Of a stretch of 20,000 nt of DNA, positions 1 through 11,289 are shown piece by piece; the stretch's first letter is position 1; each line of letters begins with the position of its first letter. The notes beneath the pieces were generated by a model that had not been told where the DNA came from, ran no database searches, and was given only the letters and a program-made list of their open reading frames with translations. This DNA is from Catajapyx aquilonaris (lineage: Eukaryota). The stretch spans positions 123,147 to 143,146 of the forward strand of contig KZ538051.1 in assembly GCA_000934665.2 (NCBI GenBank), read 5' to 3'. Both the position numbers and the translations under genes were made by a program.

Positions 1-131
1 CCGTGGCTACCTGTGAAATTTTTTTTTATATATCTCCGCACATATTAGCAGCCATACTACGCAAGACAAAAGAAGGATCCTCGAAATGAAAAATACACAT
101 GCAAAAGTTCGGTTTTTCACAGCATCCCATC

Positions 132-1605
132 CTAGCTGACGAGAACGTGGAAGGCAGCGAAGCTAAATAGGTAGACGGCAAGATCGTGAGCCACTCTCCT
201 GGCCAAATGCGCCGTCTTCACTATGGCCACCACTCTCTCCGGCGGCAGTCCTGAGAGCATCAGGGCGGCTCCCAAAAGGCCACTTCCAATCCCGCCTTCG
301 CCCATCTTCGCCCCACTATCGCCGCCTCCCCGGTTCGACGCCTGGCAACCATTTCCCAGGTAGCTCTTCTCGGAGACGAAGATCGCCACTTCAGCCAGCA
401 GAAAGGGAACAATCGCATTCTGTAATGAGAAAATACTTCATTCAGCTGTCCATGTACCGAGAGCCGGGAGCATGTGATACATACGAGGCGCAAACTTCGG
501 TCGGCGCCTTTGATGTCCGCGTCTCTCTGTTTGGGACGTTGCCAAGGCTGGCGGCCATTTTGAAACGAGGGCAAATCCTACGAGGTATAAATATAGTACA
601 GGCAGGGTAAAAGTCCGCCATCTTTGATGGCAATACACGAGAAGAACAAGCGCGAATTTGAATATTTTTGTGGTATGAGCTCCTTTAATGCACTTTTCTC
701 CGTATTAATTCCATAAGTACGGCAAAAATATCCAAATTCGCTCGTGTTCTTGCCGTGGCAGCCAAAACCATCAGAGATGGCGGACCTTTACCCCGCCTGT
801 ACCCTATTTATCGTTGGATTTGCCCTCGTTTCAAAATGGCCGCCAGCCTTGGCAACGTCCCAGAGAGATGCGCAAATCAAATGTTAGCGCCTCTTACGTA
901 GTATATGCTCCCTGCCGAGCGAAACAAGCACATACCCCAGCAACGAAGAAGCTGAGCTGCGAGGTAAGCAAGAGGCGTGTAATTACAGCCAGGAAGATCA
1001 GCGGGATTCTCCATTCCACCGCCCTTCCTGCCCACCCCTGTACGAAGGCCAGTCCTGCGCTTGTGCTTCGAGCCCCGTCCGCCCCTGGGCTGCCTCCTAA
1101 CGATGTGTTGTCTCCCGCTGCTATTAGCCTGGAGCGAGGCACAGCTCGGTGTTCCTCCAGAATCTACACAAACGCAAAATTAACAATCTAACCATCTTAC
1201 ATGTCTTCTGTAATTGTTCCGTGCTGCGCTTATTCACCTTTGGGAAAGCGAAGTGCCTGGAGTCCCGCATGGTGCAAGGTTGCTGCCCCAACAAGCTTGC
1301 GACGGCAGAGTCATCCAAGTCGCACACCTCTCCATCCGGCACCATCCATTCCGGGTACTCACTACTTAAATCCAGCGTCTTGTTCACGTTCGAAATGCCT
1401 GCCAGACAGACCAATCTAATCAATCTAATCACCAAATATAATTAGTATGCTACTAGGCTATACCGTCTGCCTTGTTGTTGTCTCCGTTGGCCGTGATGGG
1501 CGCGTATCCTCCCGTGATCTTCCTGAGCCTGTCCTCCGAATTCTCCAGGATCTTCCGCCTTCTTCTCTCGGCCCGAAGACGAGCCAAGCTTCCAACGTCC
1601 GCCAT
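132..1605 (-). CDS. CAMLG: Calcium signal-modulating cyclophilin ligand / GET2 homolog (ER tail-anchored protein insertase subunit), 4 exons, ~272 aa
   Basis: Exons (minus) 1605-1464, 1398-1238, 1163-936 and 419-132, all GT-AG with phases 1,0,0; 819 nt in total. The N-terminus MADVGSLARLRAERRRRKILENSEDRLRKITG matches the CAML motif (human [23 protein letters not shown]). The C-terminal TM region NAIVPFLLAEV...ALMLSGLPPERV...HDLAVYLFSFAAFHVLVS matches the CAML C-terminus (LLLSGIPAEV...DLCVYFFTFIFCHELL). Exon 1 is absent from the ORF track. Confidence 0.92.
464..914. mobile_element. Foldback/MITE-like element with long imperfect inverted arms filling CAMLG intron 3
   Basis: 532-578 TGGGACGTTGCCAAGGCTGGCGGCCATTTTGAAACGAGGGCAAATCC is mirrored at ~816-862. 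Similarity continues inward (to ~675 vs ~718) and outward to the termini CCGGGAGCAT (464) and ATGCTCCCTG (914). The flanks CCGAGAG/CCGAGCG are at best a degenerate TSD. Confidence 0.8.
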
Positions 1606-1642
1606 CTTTATTATTTTTATTCCAAAAATATGCGGAGCAGCC

Positions 1643-1652
1643 GTGACGTCAC
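1643..1652. promoter_or_regulatory. Perfect CRE/ATF palindrome GTGACGTCAC just upstream of the CAMLG start codon
   Basis: 10-bp palindrome containing TGACGTCA, ~38 bp upstream of the minus-strand ATG at 1605, in the divergent CAMLG/macroH2A intergenic region. Function is inferred only. Confidence 0.4.
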
Positions 1653-1728
1653 CTGGTCACCCTGTATGGGCGGTGGCCATGTTGGTGGTTGGCTGGTAGT
1701 ATAGAAGGGGAAATGGCATTGCCAAGCT

Positions 1729-2351
1729 TAGGGCTGTGCGATATCCGAAATTACATATCTACTTTCGATACTTAAAAAATATTGAATCGAAGTCGATATA
1801 TCGAAAATCGAAAAACCGACATCGAAAAACGACATCGAAAAAGATCGAAAACCGAATCGAACCGACATCGAAAAATATCGAATCGAAGTCGATATATCGA
1901 AAATCGAAAAACCGACATCGAAAACCGACATCGAAAAATATCGAATCGAAGTCGATATATCGAAAATTGAAAAACCGACATCGAAAACCGACATCGAAAA
2001 AGATTGAAAACCGACATCGAAAAATATCGAATCGCAGTCGATATATCGAAAATCGAAAAACCGACATCGAACCAACATCGAAAAATATCGAATAGAAGTC
2101 GATATATCGAAAATCGAAAAACCGACATCGAAAACCGACATCGAAAACCGACATCGAAAAAGATCGAAAACCGACATCAAAAATTATCGAATCGAAGTCG
2201 ATATATCGAAAATCGAAAAACCGACATCGCACCGACATCGAAAAATCGCGATATTCGATACATCGAACATGCCAAGCGTCGGATATCGCAACTTCGATAT
2301 TAGGAAAATATCGTATCGACAGTCGATATATCGAAATATCGCACAGCCCTA
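1729..2351. mobile_element. Non-autonomous hAT-type MITE (623 bp) with TCGA-rich internal tandem repeats
   Basis: Perfect 16-bp TIRs TAGGGCTGTGCGATAT / ATATCGCACAGCCCTA. Exact 8-bp TSD GCCAAGCT at 1721-1728 and 2352-2359. The interior consists of AAAACCGACATCG and AAAAATATCGAATCGAAGTCGATATATCGAAAATCG units. Confidence 0.93.
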
Positions 2352-2858
2352 GCCAAGCTTTTAGTGGAATTTCCGCTAAAGATGGATTTTATGCCGCGTT
2401 TATGGCGTCAAAAATAGACGGATAGAGTTGACAAACCCTGCCTAACAAACACCAGCAGGTGCGCACAACTGCACATTGCCACACAATGCCAACCACCAAC
2501 ATGTCCGCCTTCGTTATGATGACGTATAAGGTCCTGTACCACGTGACCATGGTCGATTCAGCAGCGGAAGCGTAGCCGCTATTATTGCAAGGCCAGAATC
2601 GCAAGTAACATCAAACCAGTTATGACAACAGCTGTGCTATTTCGTGATCGTTCAATTTCAGAGTTGCCAGACGGGTGTGAATGTCGTCTGCTCCCATTTC
2701 CGGAGAGTACACATCGAAGGAAATCGAAGAAAAGGAAAAAAGAGGGACAAAAAAAAAGCAACACTTGAGACTGGTCGTGTCGTGGCTTGTCTCCGGTCGC
2801 CTCTAATCAGTCCAGCTGCAAAAGGTTCACACCAGCTGCACTGCCCAGCTGTGCAACC

Positions 2859-4584
<1,726 letters not shown>

Positions 4585-6899
4585 TCGCACAACGCAGCTG
4601 TGACATTTGCCTTTGAATAGAGCTAGTCTGTCGTTTAAGGAGGCCAGTACCGCAACCTAAGTTTTGCCCAGTGAGTTAACCAATTGACAAAAAAAATAAG
4701 ACAAGTTCACTAATAATAATTGAAGAGTCTTGACAATAAGTATTTGACGTGCAGGCAAGCGCATTTGGTACATGACCATTGATCTCCGACAGCGAATTAC
4801 AGAGTTCCTGACCTGTTTCAATGGTAGTAATCCAAGCAGAGTACGTAGCTTGCGATTTTCACGTAACAGGGCACCCAGTTGAAGTGAATACGCAAACACC
4901 CTTATGTAATCAGAGATTTTCCAACCATTTGCATTCTTACAACTGGGCTTCACTCCTTCGAAAAGTCGTGTGCTGTTAATTAAGCGCTGTCATTTAGCGA
5001 TGCGGCAAACTTAGGATGCGCCGTGCACACTTCCCATGCAAGTTCGGTTGCAGGACGTATTTTGATACACTCGTGACCTTTTTGTGGCCATTCACTTGCA
5101 TGGTACATCTGCACTGTGCGTAATTGGCCAAGTCAAGCACCTGCAGTGTCCCTGGTAATGAGCCGCCAGCATATCCGAATCTAGCTGTGGTCGATTCAGC
5201 AACACCGGTTTGGCATTTCGTTCTCCGGCCAAGTCTAGTCAAGAACGAAAAACCGACCCCATTAACTTGCATCATGTCAATGAATGTTGAGAAAAAAAAA
5301 TGACTGGGAAATATTTTTGTTATCAGGGAAGCTGAGTGCAAAGTGGACCAAAATCAGTAAATGAAAAAGCAGGTAAACCAAAAACTGATAAGTGGCAGAC
5401 AGTGCTCAAACCGATCTGAGTACTGGCCACGATTTATGAGAACCATTTCCAACCCGATTCCCCTGCGACACTTGTTCGATAAATCCAGCTGATTTCTATC
5501 GAGAGTTACGAGTTAGAGATAACTTTATTTTTGTGCGTTACTCTCCGAACACTGCCTGCGAGATAAAATCCTTGTCCTCGTAAAACGCTCACAAGGCACC
5601 AAGTCAGTGTCGAACTTAATGCTTAATTAATTTCCGCCGAATGTATGCGAGTGCAAACATGTGTTACCACCAGAGTCATGTGTTCCCCCTGCTTTTTTTG
5701 CGATGATTTTTACGAAGCGTTTTGAGGTGTAAAACGTAGCGATTACTTAAAACGAGGGCTGGAGACACGAGGAAAAATTTCCAGGCGGAATCGTTGAACA
5801 TGTTCTGTCTTTTTCATGCATCCGTGGCATGAACAAGCACAAGAAAAAAATATATATATGGTGGTAAAGTTATTTAAAATGTTATCGCTTTTAGTTCCAA
5901 GTTTACGAAAAGCGTTTCATTCGCAAAAAAAAAAATGTGGGACCCAAGTAGTTTCAAAGAGTCATTTTGCTTTAGAAAAGAAGTGTTTGAAAATGGCCTT
6001 TAAAAATAACGTACATACCAAACTGAAAATGTGATTTCTTTTTATTCGTTGTTTTTCTAGCCCTAGATAAAATATAATTTTAAAGGGACGTATCGTCCCG
6101 CAAAGTTTTCTAAAAAAGAGCGATCATCTATGAGCATTGAGAAAAATTCCAATGTGTCTTAGTCAAGAACAAGTCGTTACGAGAGAGAGAGAGAGAAAAA
6201 ATTTATTATCCTTATAATAGCAGAAGTCGTGTTTTTGTGCGACGTTAACTGCGAGTCAGCTCCCTAGTCAATTAAAAACTTTTCACGTAACTATAGCAGA
6301 GCTTAGGGGAGTGTAAATGCGGAAAAAAAAATGAAACCAAAGAATTAGTACACCGAGAGGCACAGTATTTGCTGGAAATTTGAAAACAAATCACATTTTG
6401 ACGATAGTACAATATTTTCATATTGGTGTGATTTACCTGTTGTTGTTTGCTTCTCCCTTTTTTTTTTGTCGCCATCGTCTTATGTACACCCCCAGTTTAA
6501 ATAATCAGTATTTGCCCCCTGAACTTACATAACCTTATCCCTCCTCTAGCGTGAAATGTGTAATTATATATGTTGAGTTTGAAGAGATTTTGCTGGCAGA
6601 TTTATTTGCAAAACTTTTTTTGATATGTATACCAGAGATTTGCATTAAATTCACGAATACTAATTGCACCGAAACTTGCCGAGTTGACGTTACTTGCAGG
6701 GAAATCCAGCCGTCCTTTCCCGATCTTAATACCACCTGAAGCTCAACTGCGGCGATACGCTGCAAATGAGATCGTACATTAATTGCATTGGAATTGCTGA
6801 CTTTTCATTGTTGAACAATTATTTCAACCGAGCACTATTTGTGACCCAAAAATAATCTGGATCTGAAATTTTGCGACAGTCGGCTTTATGCCTAAGTAA

Positions 6900-7227
6900 A
6901 CAGTCAATTAAATGACATGTCGCATTTAATTACTGTATCAATTTATTTGTAAAAATAAATACAATAATTGAATGTCATGTCTCACTTTGGCAATAATAAT
7001 TTTGCAGCAGTCGCATTTACTCTGCAATTAAATGACATGTCACATTTAACTGGGCAATTAAATGACGTGTCACATTTAATTACTGTACAGTTTACACCTG
7101 TGGACAGTAATTAAATGACAATCAACTTTAACTTGACAATTAAGTGACACGTTGCATTTAATTCCTGTATCAATTTATAAAAATAAATGCAGTAATTAAA
7201 TGCGAGATGTCACACGTTGGCAGCAAA
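6900..7227. repeat. Degenerate array of palindromic AATTAAATGACATGTC(G/A)CATTTAATT units
   Basis: About 6-7 full or partial copies (~6906, 6966, 7026, 7056, 7109, 7138, 7194). A ~90-bp block at 6906-6995 is repeated at 7138-7227. Confidence 0.7.
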
Positions 7228-7318
7228 AGTGCAGCAACACGAGCAGGTTGTGTATGAAATGTAACGTACGTAACGCAGAACAAAGGAAAGCAACCCACCA
7301 TGCTCTAAGTGGCCCTAG

Positions 7319-8019
7319 TTATTCAGTCTCCCAAGTCTTCTTCTTCACAACCTGCGAGTGTTTGCTGCTCGTCCATTCCTGAACTGATGGCTTATAGTGG
7401 GGCATCATAACGAATGAGGTTGGGGCCGGGGTGTACGGAAGGGAGTAAGTCTGTGGCACCAACTTGGACTTGCTGTGGTCTGCCAGGTGGTCCAGGTAGT
7501 TCATGTACGAGCTTCCAACCAGGAGGAGGCCGGAGGACATCACGTGTCCCAACAGCGAGCGAAACATGACTCCGCCGCAGCTGGGAATGCATGACACGGT
7601 GGACGACATCAGGTGGAAGAAGTGGAGCGATCCGAGGTTGAACGCTCCCGTCACAAACATCCTGTCAGTAAATGTAGGTAAGTACTACGTACGCCCTGGC
7701 ATGATTGCAAGGTACTGACCCGTACATCAGGTGCTTCGATGGCCTAAGTCTTCGCAGGTGCGTCCGGTTCAGTACATACGCACCGATGCTCACGACGCTT
7801 GTCGTCAGAAACATGCATTTAATAACTCCATAGTCCAGGAAGTATCTGAAAATTTTTGAAAATTGTATAATTGAAATTGTAAATGTAAATGCCAATTTGT
7901 GCATACCTGTTACACACGCAGATTGCTAGAAGATTGTGGCTTGCAATCGCAAGCGGGCCATAAAAAGTGTCGATGCTTTCCTCGCTCGGAGGCGGAAATA
8001 ACTCAAGGAGTCGAGCCAT
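7319..8019 (-). CDS. Uncharacterised multi-pass membrane protein, paralog B (~193 aa, 3 coding exons)
   Basis: Exons 8019-7907, 7845-7720 and 7661-7319, GT-AG with phases 2,2; 582 nt in total. Protein MARLLELF...YFLDYGVIKCMFLTTSVVSIGAYVLNRTHLRRL..MFVTGAFNLGSLHFFHL..LLLVGSSYMNYLDHL aligns with the neighbouring gene at 9339-9963. The start codon is less certain. Confidence 0.8.
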
Positions 8020-8189
8020 CTTGCACTAAAGCAAATTTTCTCATGCACATGCATGAAACATGAATTTATTTTTTTTGCTGCAAATTTTAGAAGTAAAAGA
8101 GAGTGGAAATTTCCCCAAATATTTTCCCAATAAATAAGCGTAAACAAAGTTGTGTACTGACAACAATAATGGTAACCCATACCAACATA

Positions 8190-8905
8190 TTAATTATTAT
8201 TCTGATTTTTCGTAATTTAATTTGTTATATTAATTCCATTTTAATCTTATCACATTTATTAGTTTTATAAATGTCAATTAATTTCATGCTATTAATTTTA
8301 TTAATTTCATAATTAATTTCATGTTATTAATTCAATTATTTTCATAATTAATTCAATTATTTTCATAATTAATTCAATTATTTTCATAATTAATTTCATT
8401 ATTTCATATCAATATTATTTTCATAATTAATTTCATTATTTCATATCAATATTATTTTCATAATTAATTTCATTATTTCATATCAATATTATTTTCATAA
8501 TTAATTTCATGTTATTAATTCAATTATTTTCATAATTAATTTCATTATTTCATATCAATATTATTTTCATAATTAATTGCATGTTATTTTTATTTTCACA
8601 ATTAATTGCATGTTGTTAATTTTATTTTCACAATTAATTGCATGTTATTAATTTTATTTTCATAATTAATTTCATTATTTCATATCAATTTTATTATTTT
8701 CATAATTATTAATTGCATGTTATTAATTGTATTATTTTAATAATTCCATAATTAATTTCATGTTATCAATTACATTTCATTAATTTCATGTTATTTTACT
8801 CATTCAATTTTATTAAAATTTTCATGTTATTTTATTCATTAAATTTTATCAAATTTTGCATGTTACTAATTTCATTCACTTCATTTTAATTAGTGATTTA
8901 TTAAT
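8190..8905. repeat. AT-rich minisatellite / low-complexity tract
   Basis: Tandem variants of TTTTCATAATTAATTCAATTA (21 nt) and TTTTCATAATTAATTTCATTATTTCATATCAATATTA (37 nt); very few G on the + strand. Confidence 0.85.
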
Positions 8906-9338
8906 TGGTATGGTGAACGCGCAGTGTATGTGACAAAAGCCACAATTTTATGAACTATCAATTTCATTTGAACTACACGGACGGACATGTCCATGTATGT
9001 CTCGAGAGAGAGAGATAGAGTCTTACACTAATAAAACTAGACAAATAACAGAAACGTGTGTAACATGTGCACTGAACACTTTATTAAAACAGAAACAATA
9101 ATTTTGTATGTAATTTTTCCCCCCCCCCGCCTTCCCTGCCACTCATAATTTCATGCCCCTGCAATTCAAAAAACACTTCCAGTATACAACAAACAATTTC
9201 TGACTATATTCTGCTGCCAAGACTAGCCCCCCCTCCAAAAGAAAAAAAAAACAAACAACCACGATTCCTCCTTCCGTATCTACAACGCTGTCGTCTATCC
9301 CTCCAATCCCCCATATGTAAAAATTAGGGGGGCCGGTT

Positions 9339-9963
9339 TTATTGGGACTCTGCTTCGGCTGGGACAAGGCTGTCCACGTGGTCCAGGTAAGACCTCCCGA
9401 CGGACAGCAGGAAGAGGCTGGAGCCTACCCCGACGGCCGACCTCACAGCCGGAGTCTCCGGGAGAACTGTGCGGAGTACTGCCCACAGGAGCACTGATCC
9501 CAGGCTGAATATGGACGCTCCATACACACTGCAACGAGACATGTCAATTCATCGACATTGTGTACCGCCGACGCAACTTACGCGTAGAGGACGCGCCTGG
9601 GCTGCTCAACCGAAGCTAGGTGTGCCCTTTGACCCAGGTACACGCCGCAACCCACAGTAGTGTACAGCAGCAACCAGGCAGTAAAATCCTTCCTCGACAC
9701 AATACTGCAAATCCAACAATGGTGTTAATAATTGTCATAATATGTATGATCATTACATAATAAAGAGAGTAAGACCTGTTCATGAGACTAGGGTTGAGTA
9801 CGTTGAGTGAGAGTGCGGTGTATGAGGCGATCCCGGTGATGGGCAGGCCCCTCTGCAGCACCCCTCCGCTGCCCCTCAGCCCGATCTTGGCCGCCACCGC
9901 GCATCCCTTGCCCTCCGAAGAACCGTCTTCTGCGGACCTGCTCTTCTGAGGAGTGGTCGCCAT
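9339..9963 (-). CDS. Uncharacterised multi-pass membrane protein, paralog A (~166 aa, 3 exons), resembling a conserved arthropod family of unknown function
   Basis: Exons 9963-9776, 9704-9582 and 9528-9339, GT-AG with phases 2,2; 501 nt in total. Protein ...GIASYTALSLNVLNPSLMNSIVSRKDFTAWLLLYTTVGCGVYLGQRAHL..LYAVYGASIFSLGSVLLWAVLRTVLPETPAVRSAVGVGSSLFLLSVGRSYLDHVDS has about 4 hydrophobic segments. Confidence 0.88.
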
Positions 9964-10282
9964 TTTTGGATGGGGAAAAAAAGGAAAGAGGCGGGGGAGG
10001 GAGGAGGGAATAAGGAGGTATCAAAACTAGGGAATTTTTATAGTGAATTTATCGAATATATTTGTTGAAATGTTTGTTGCCTAGAACCCCCACGTGTTTA
10101 TATTTTAAACAATTCGTATTTGGCAAGGGGGGGAATATTGTTACGTATGGAACGGCCATCTGGCGGACACTGTCAACTCTACGGTATTTAATGATTAAAA
10201 TGCGGCACTTTAATTTAAAAAAAAAATCACATTATTTTTTAAAAATTAAAAACCTGGTTGGTTGCGGCTTGGTTGCACAAAT

Positions 10283-10511
10283 CTGCCGTCAGATGTGAGA
10301 GGACCGTAACTCAATATCCACTTCCCTTGCGGCGAGAAAAGAAAGCAAGTGTTACCGAAAGCATCCAAGAGGTGGCGCTGGGGGAAGGGGGAAAAAAGGA
10401 ACGGTACCCCAACTCCACCTGTTGGGTGCTTTTGGTACCACTGCTTTTTTTTTTTACTCGCCGCAAGGGGAAGTGGACATTGAGTTACGGTCTTCTCACA
10501 TCTGACGGCAG
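10283..10511. mobile_element. MITE with ~54-bp TIRs and 4-bp AAAT TSD (Sola1-like)
   Basis: CTGCCGTCAGATGTGAGAGGACCGTAACTCAATATCCACTTCCCTTGCGGCGAG is mirrored at ~10457-10511 with few mismatches. AAAT lies on both flanks (10279-10282, 10512-10515). The superfamily is inferred from the AWWT TSD and CTG termini. Confidence 0.82.
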
Positions 10512-10659
10512 AAATATGTAGAGGAGCGCTTTAACTTTACCTGACATGCAATTAATATATGGATATATGTAATATAAATAATAATTCATACACCCCGTTA
10601 TCAGCCGGCGGCTCTTATTTATAGGAGGGAAATTTTTTGTTTTGACTGGAACTCTTTGC

Positions 10660-10973
10660 TTTCATTTTATTTGCTTTTTGGGATAGGATAGGGACGGAAG
10701 GAAGCGGCTGTGGCCTGTTTTTACGGAAACGACCCCGGAATTTTCCTGGGAGGACCCTGGAAAACCACGTTCAGGGGTCGCCGGCCCCGGGATTCGAACC
10801 CAGGACCTCCCGATTAGCAGGCGGACTCCATACCCAGGTAGCACAAAAAGTTGGGCCAATATTGGAAGAATGTTGGCCCAATATCTAAAAGATATTGGGC
10901 CAATATTGGCTCCAATATTGGCCCAACTTTTTGTGCTACCTGATGGGTATCCACTACACCAACCTGCTTCGGT
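10660..10973 (-). mobile_element. tRNA-derived SINE, interrupted by a nested MITE
   Basis: On the minus strand: A-box TGGTGTAGTGG (~10961-10951), B-box GGTTCGAATCC (~10801-10791), a body, then a CCTATCCTATCC plus A-rich tail near 10660-10693. It does not end like a tRNA gene. Confidence 0.8.
10833..10947. mobile_element. 115-bp MITE with TA TSD inserted in the SINE head
   Basis: Perfect 32-bp IR CAGGTAGCACAAAAAGTTGGGCCAATATTGGA (10835-10866 / 10911-10942). CCC...GGG termini, TA at 10831-10832 and 10948-10949, and internal CCAATATTGG palindromes. Confidence 0.85.
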
Positions 10974-11289
10974 AATAGATGTAATATGTAACAGTAAATG
11001 TAATTAAATTAGTTGCGTTAAGTACTGGCAACCGGCTTAATTCGCTTTAAGTTAAGACGACTTATCAAAGGGGCATGTAATTCGCAGAGGATATAGTGCG
11101 TTTGCGTGTGAACGCGTATGGAAGATCAAAGATGGCGGCCCGAAATGAATCGCTTTTAATATTGGTGTCATTGGTTATTTCCCTTTAAGTCGCTTTATAT
11201 GGGCCGCTTTATGTCAAGTCGGCTTATCGACTGCATGTAACAGCTGCATTGTGTGAATGTAAGTGAGGGGGACGAGGAAAAGGGCGAAG

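Noticed and set aside
1728..2303. Several 60-160 aa ORFs on both strands and a CRISPR-like periodicity
   Set aside because: These are translations of the MITE's internal tandem repeat. There are no unique spacers or cas genes, and the context is eukaryotic.
4585..4700. Histone 3' stem-loop after macroH2A
   Set aside because: No GGYYCTTTTCAGRRCC-type hairpin was seen, consistent with a polyadenylated replication-independent variant.
4657..5341. Minus-strand ORFs of 98 and 115 aa and a weak inverted repeat at ~5023-5114
   Set aside because: No recognisable protein motif or splice structure; the inverted repeat is short and degenerate.
6080..6500. TTAAAGGGAC Kolobok-like terminus
   Set aside because: No matching opposite terminus found.
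10780..10973. tRNA gene
   Set aside because: The A and B boxes belong to a SINE head split by a MITE; there is no complete cloverleaf.
11030..11250. Harbinger-like TIR fragment upstream of the Myb/SANT gene (and another at ~14450-14503)
   Set aside because: The two do not match each other and the upstream one has the wrong orientation, so they do not delimit an element around the gene.
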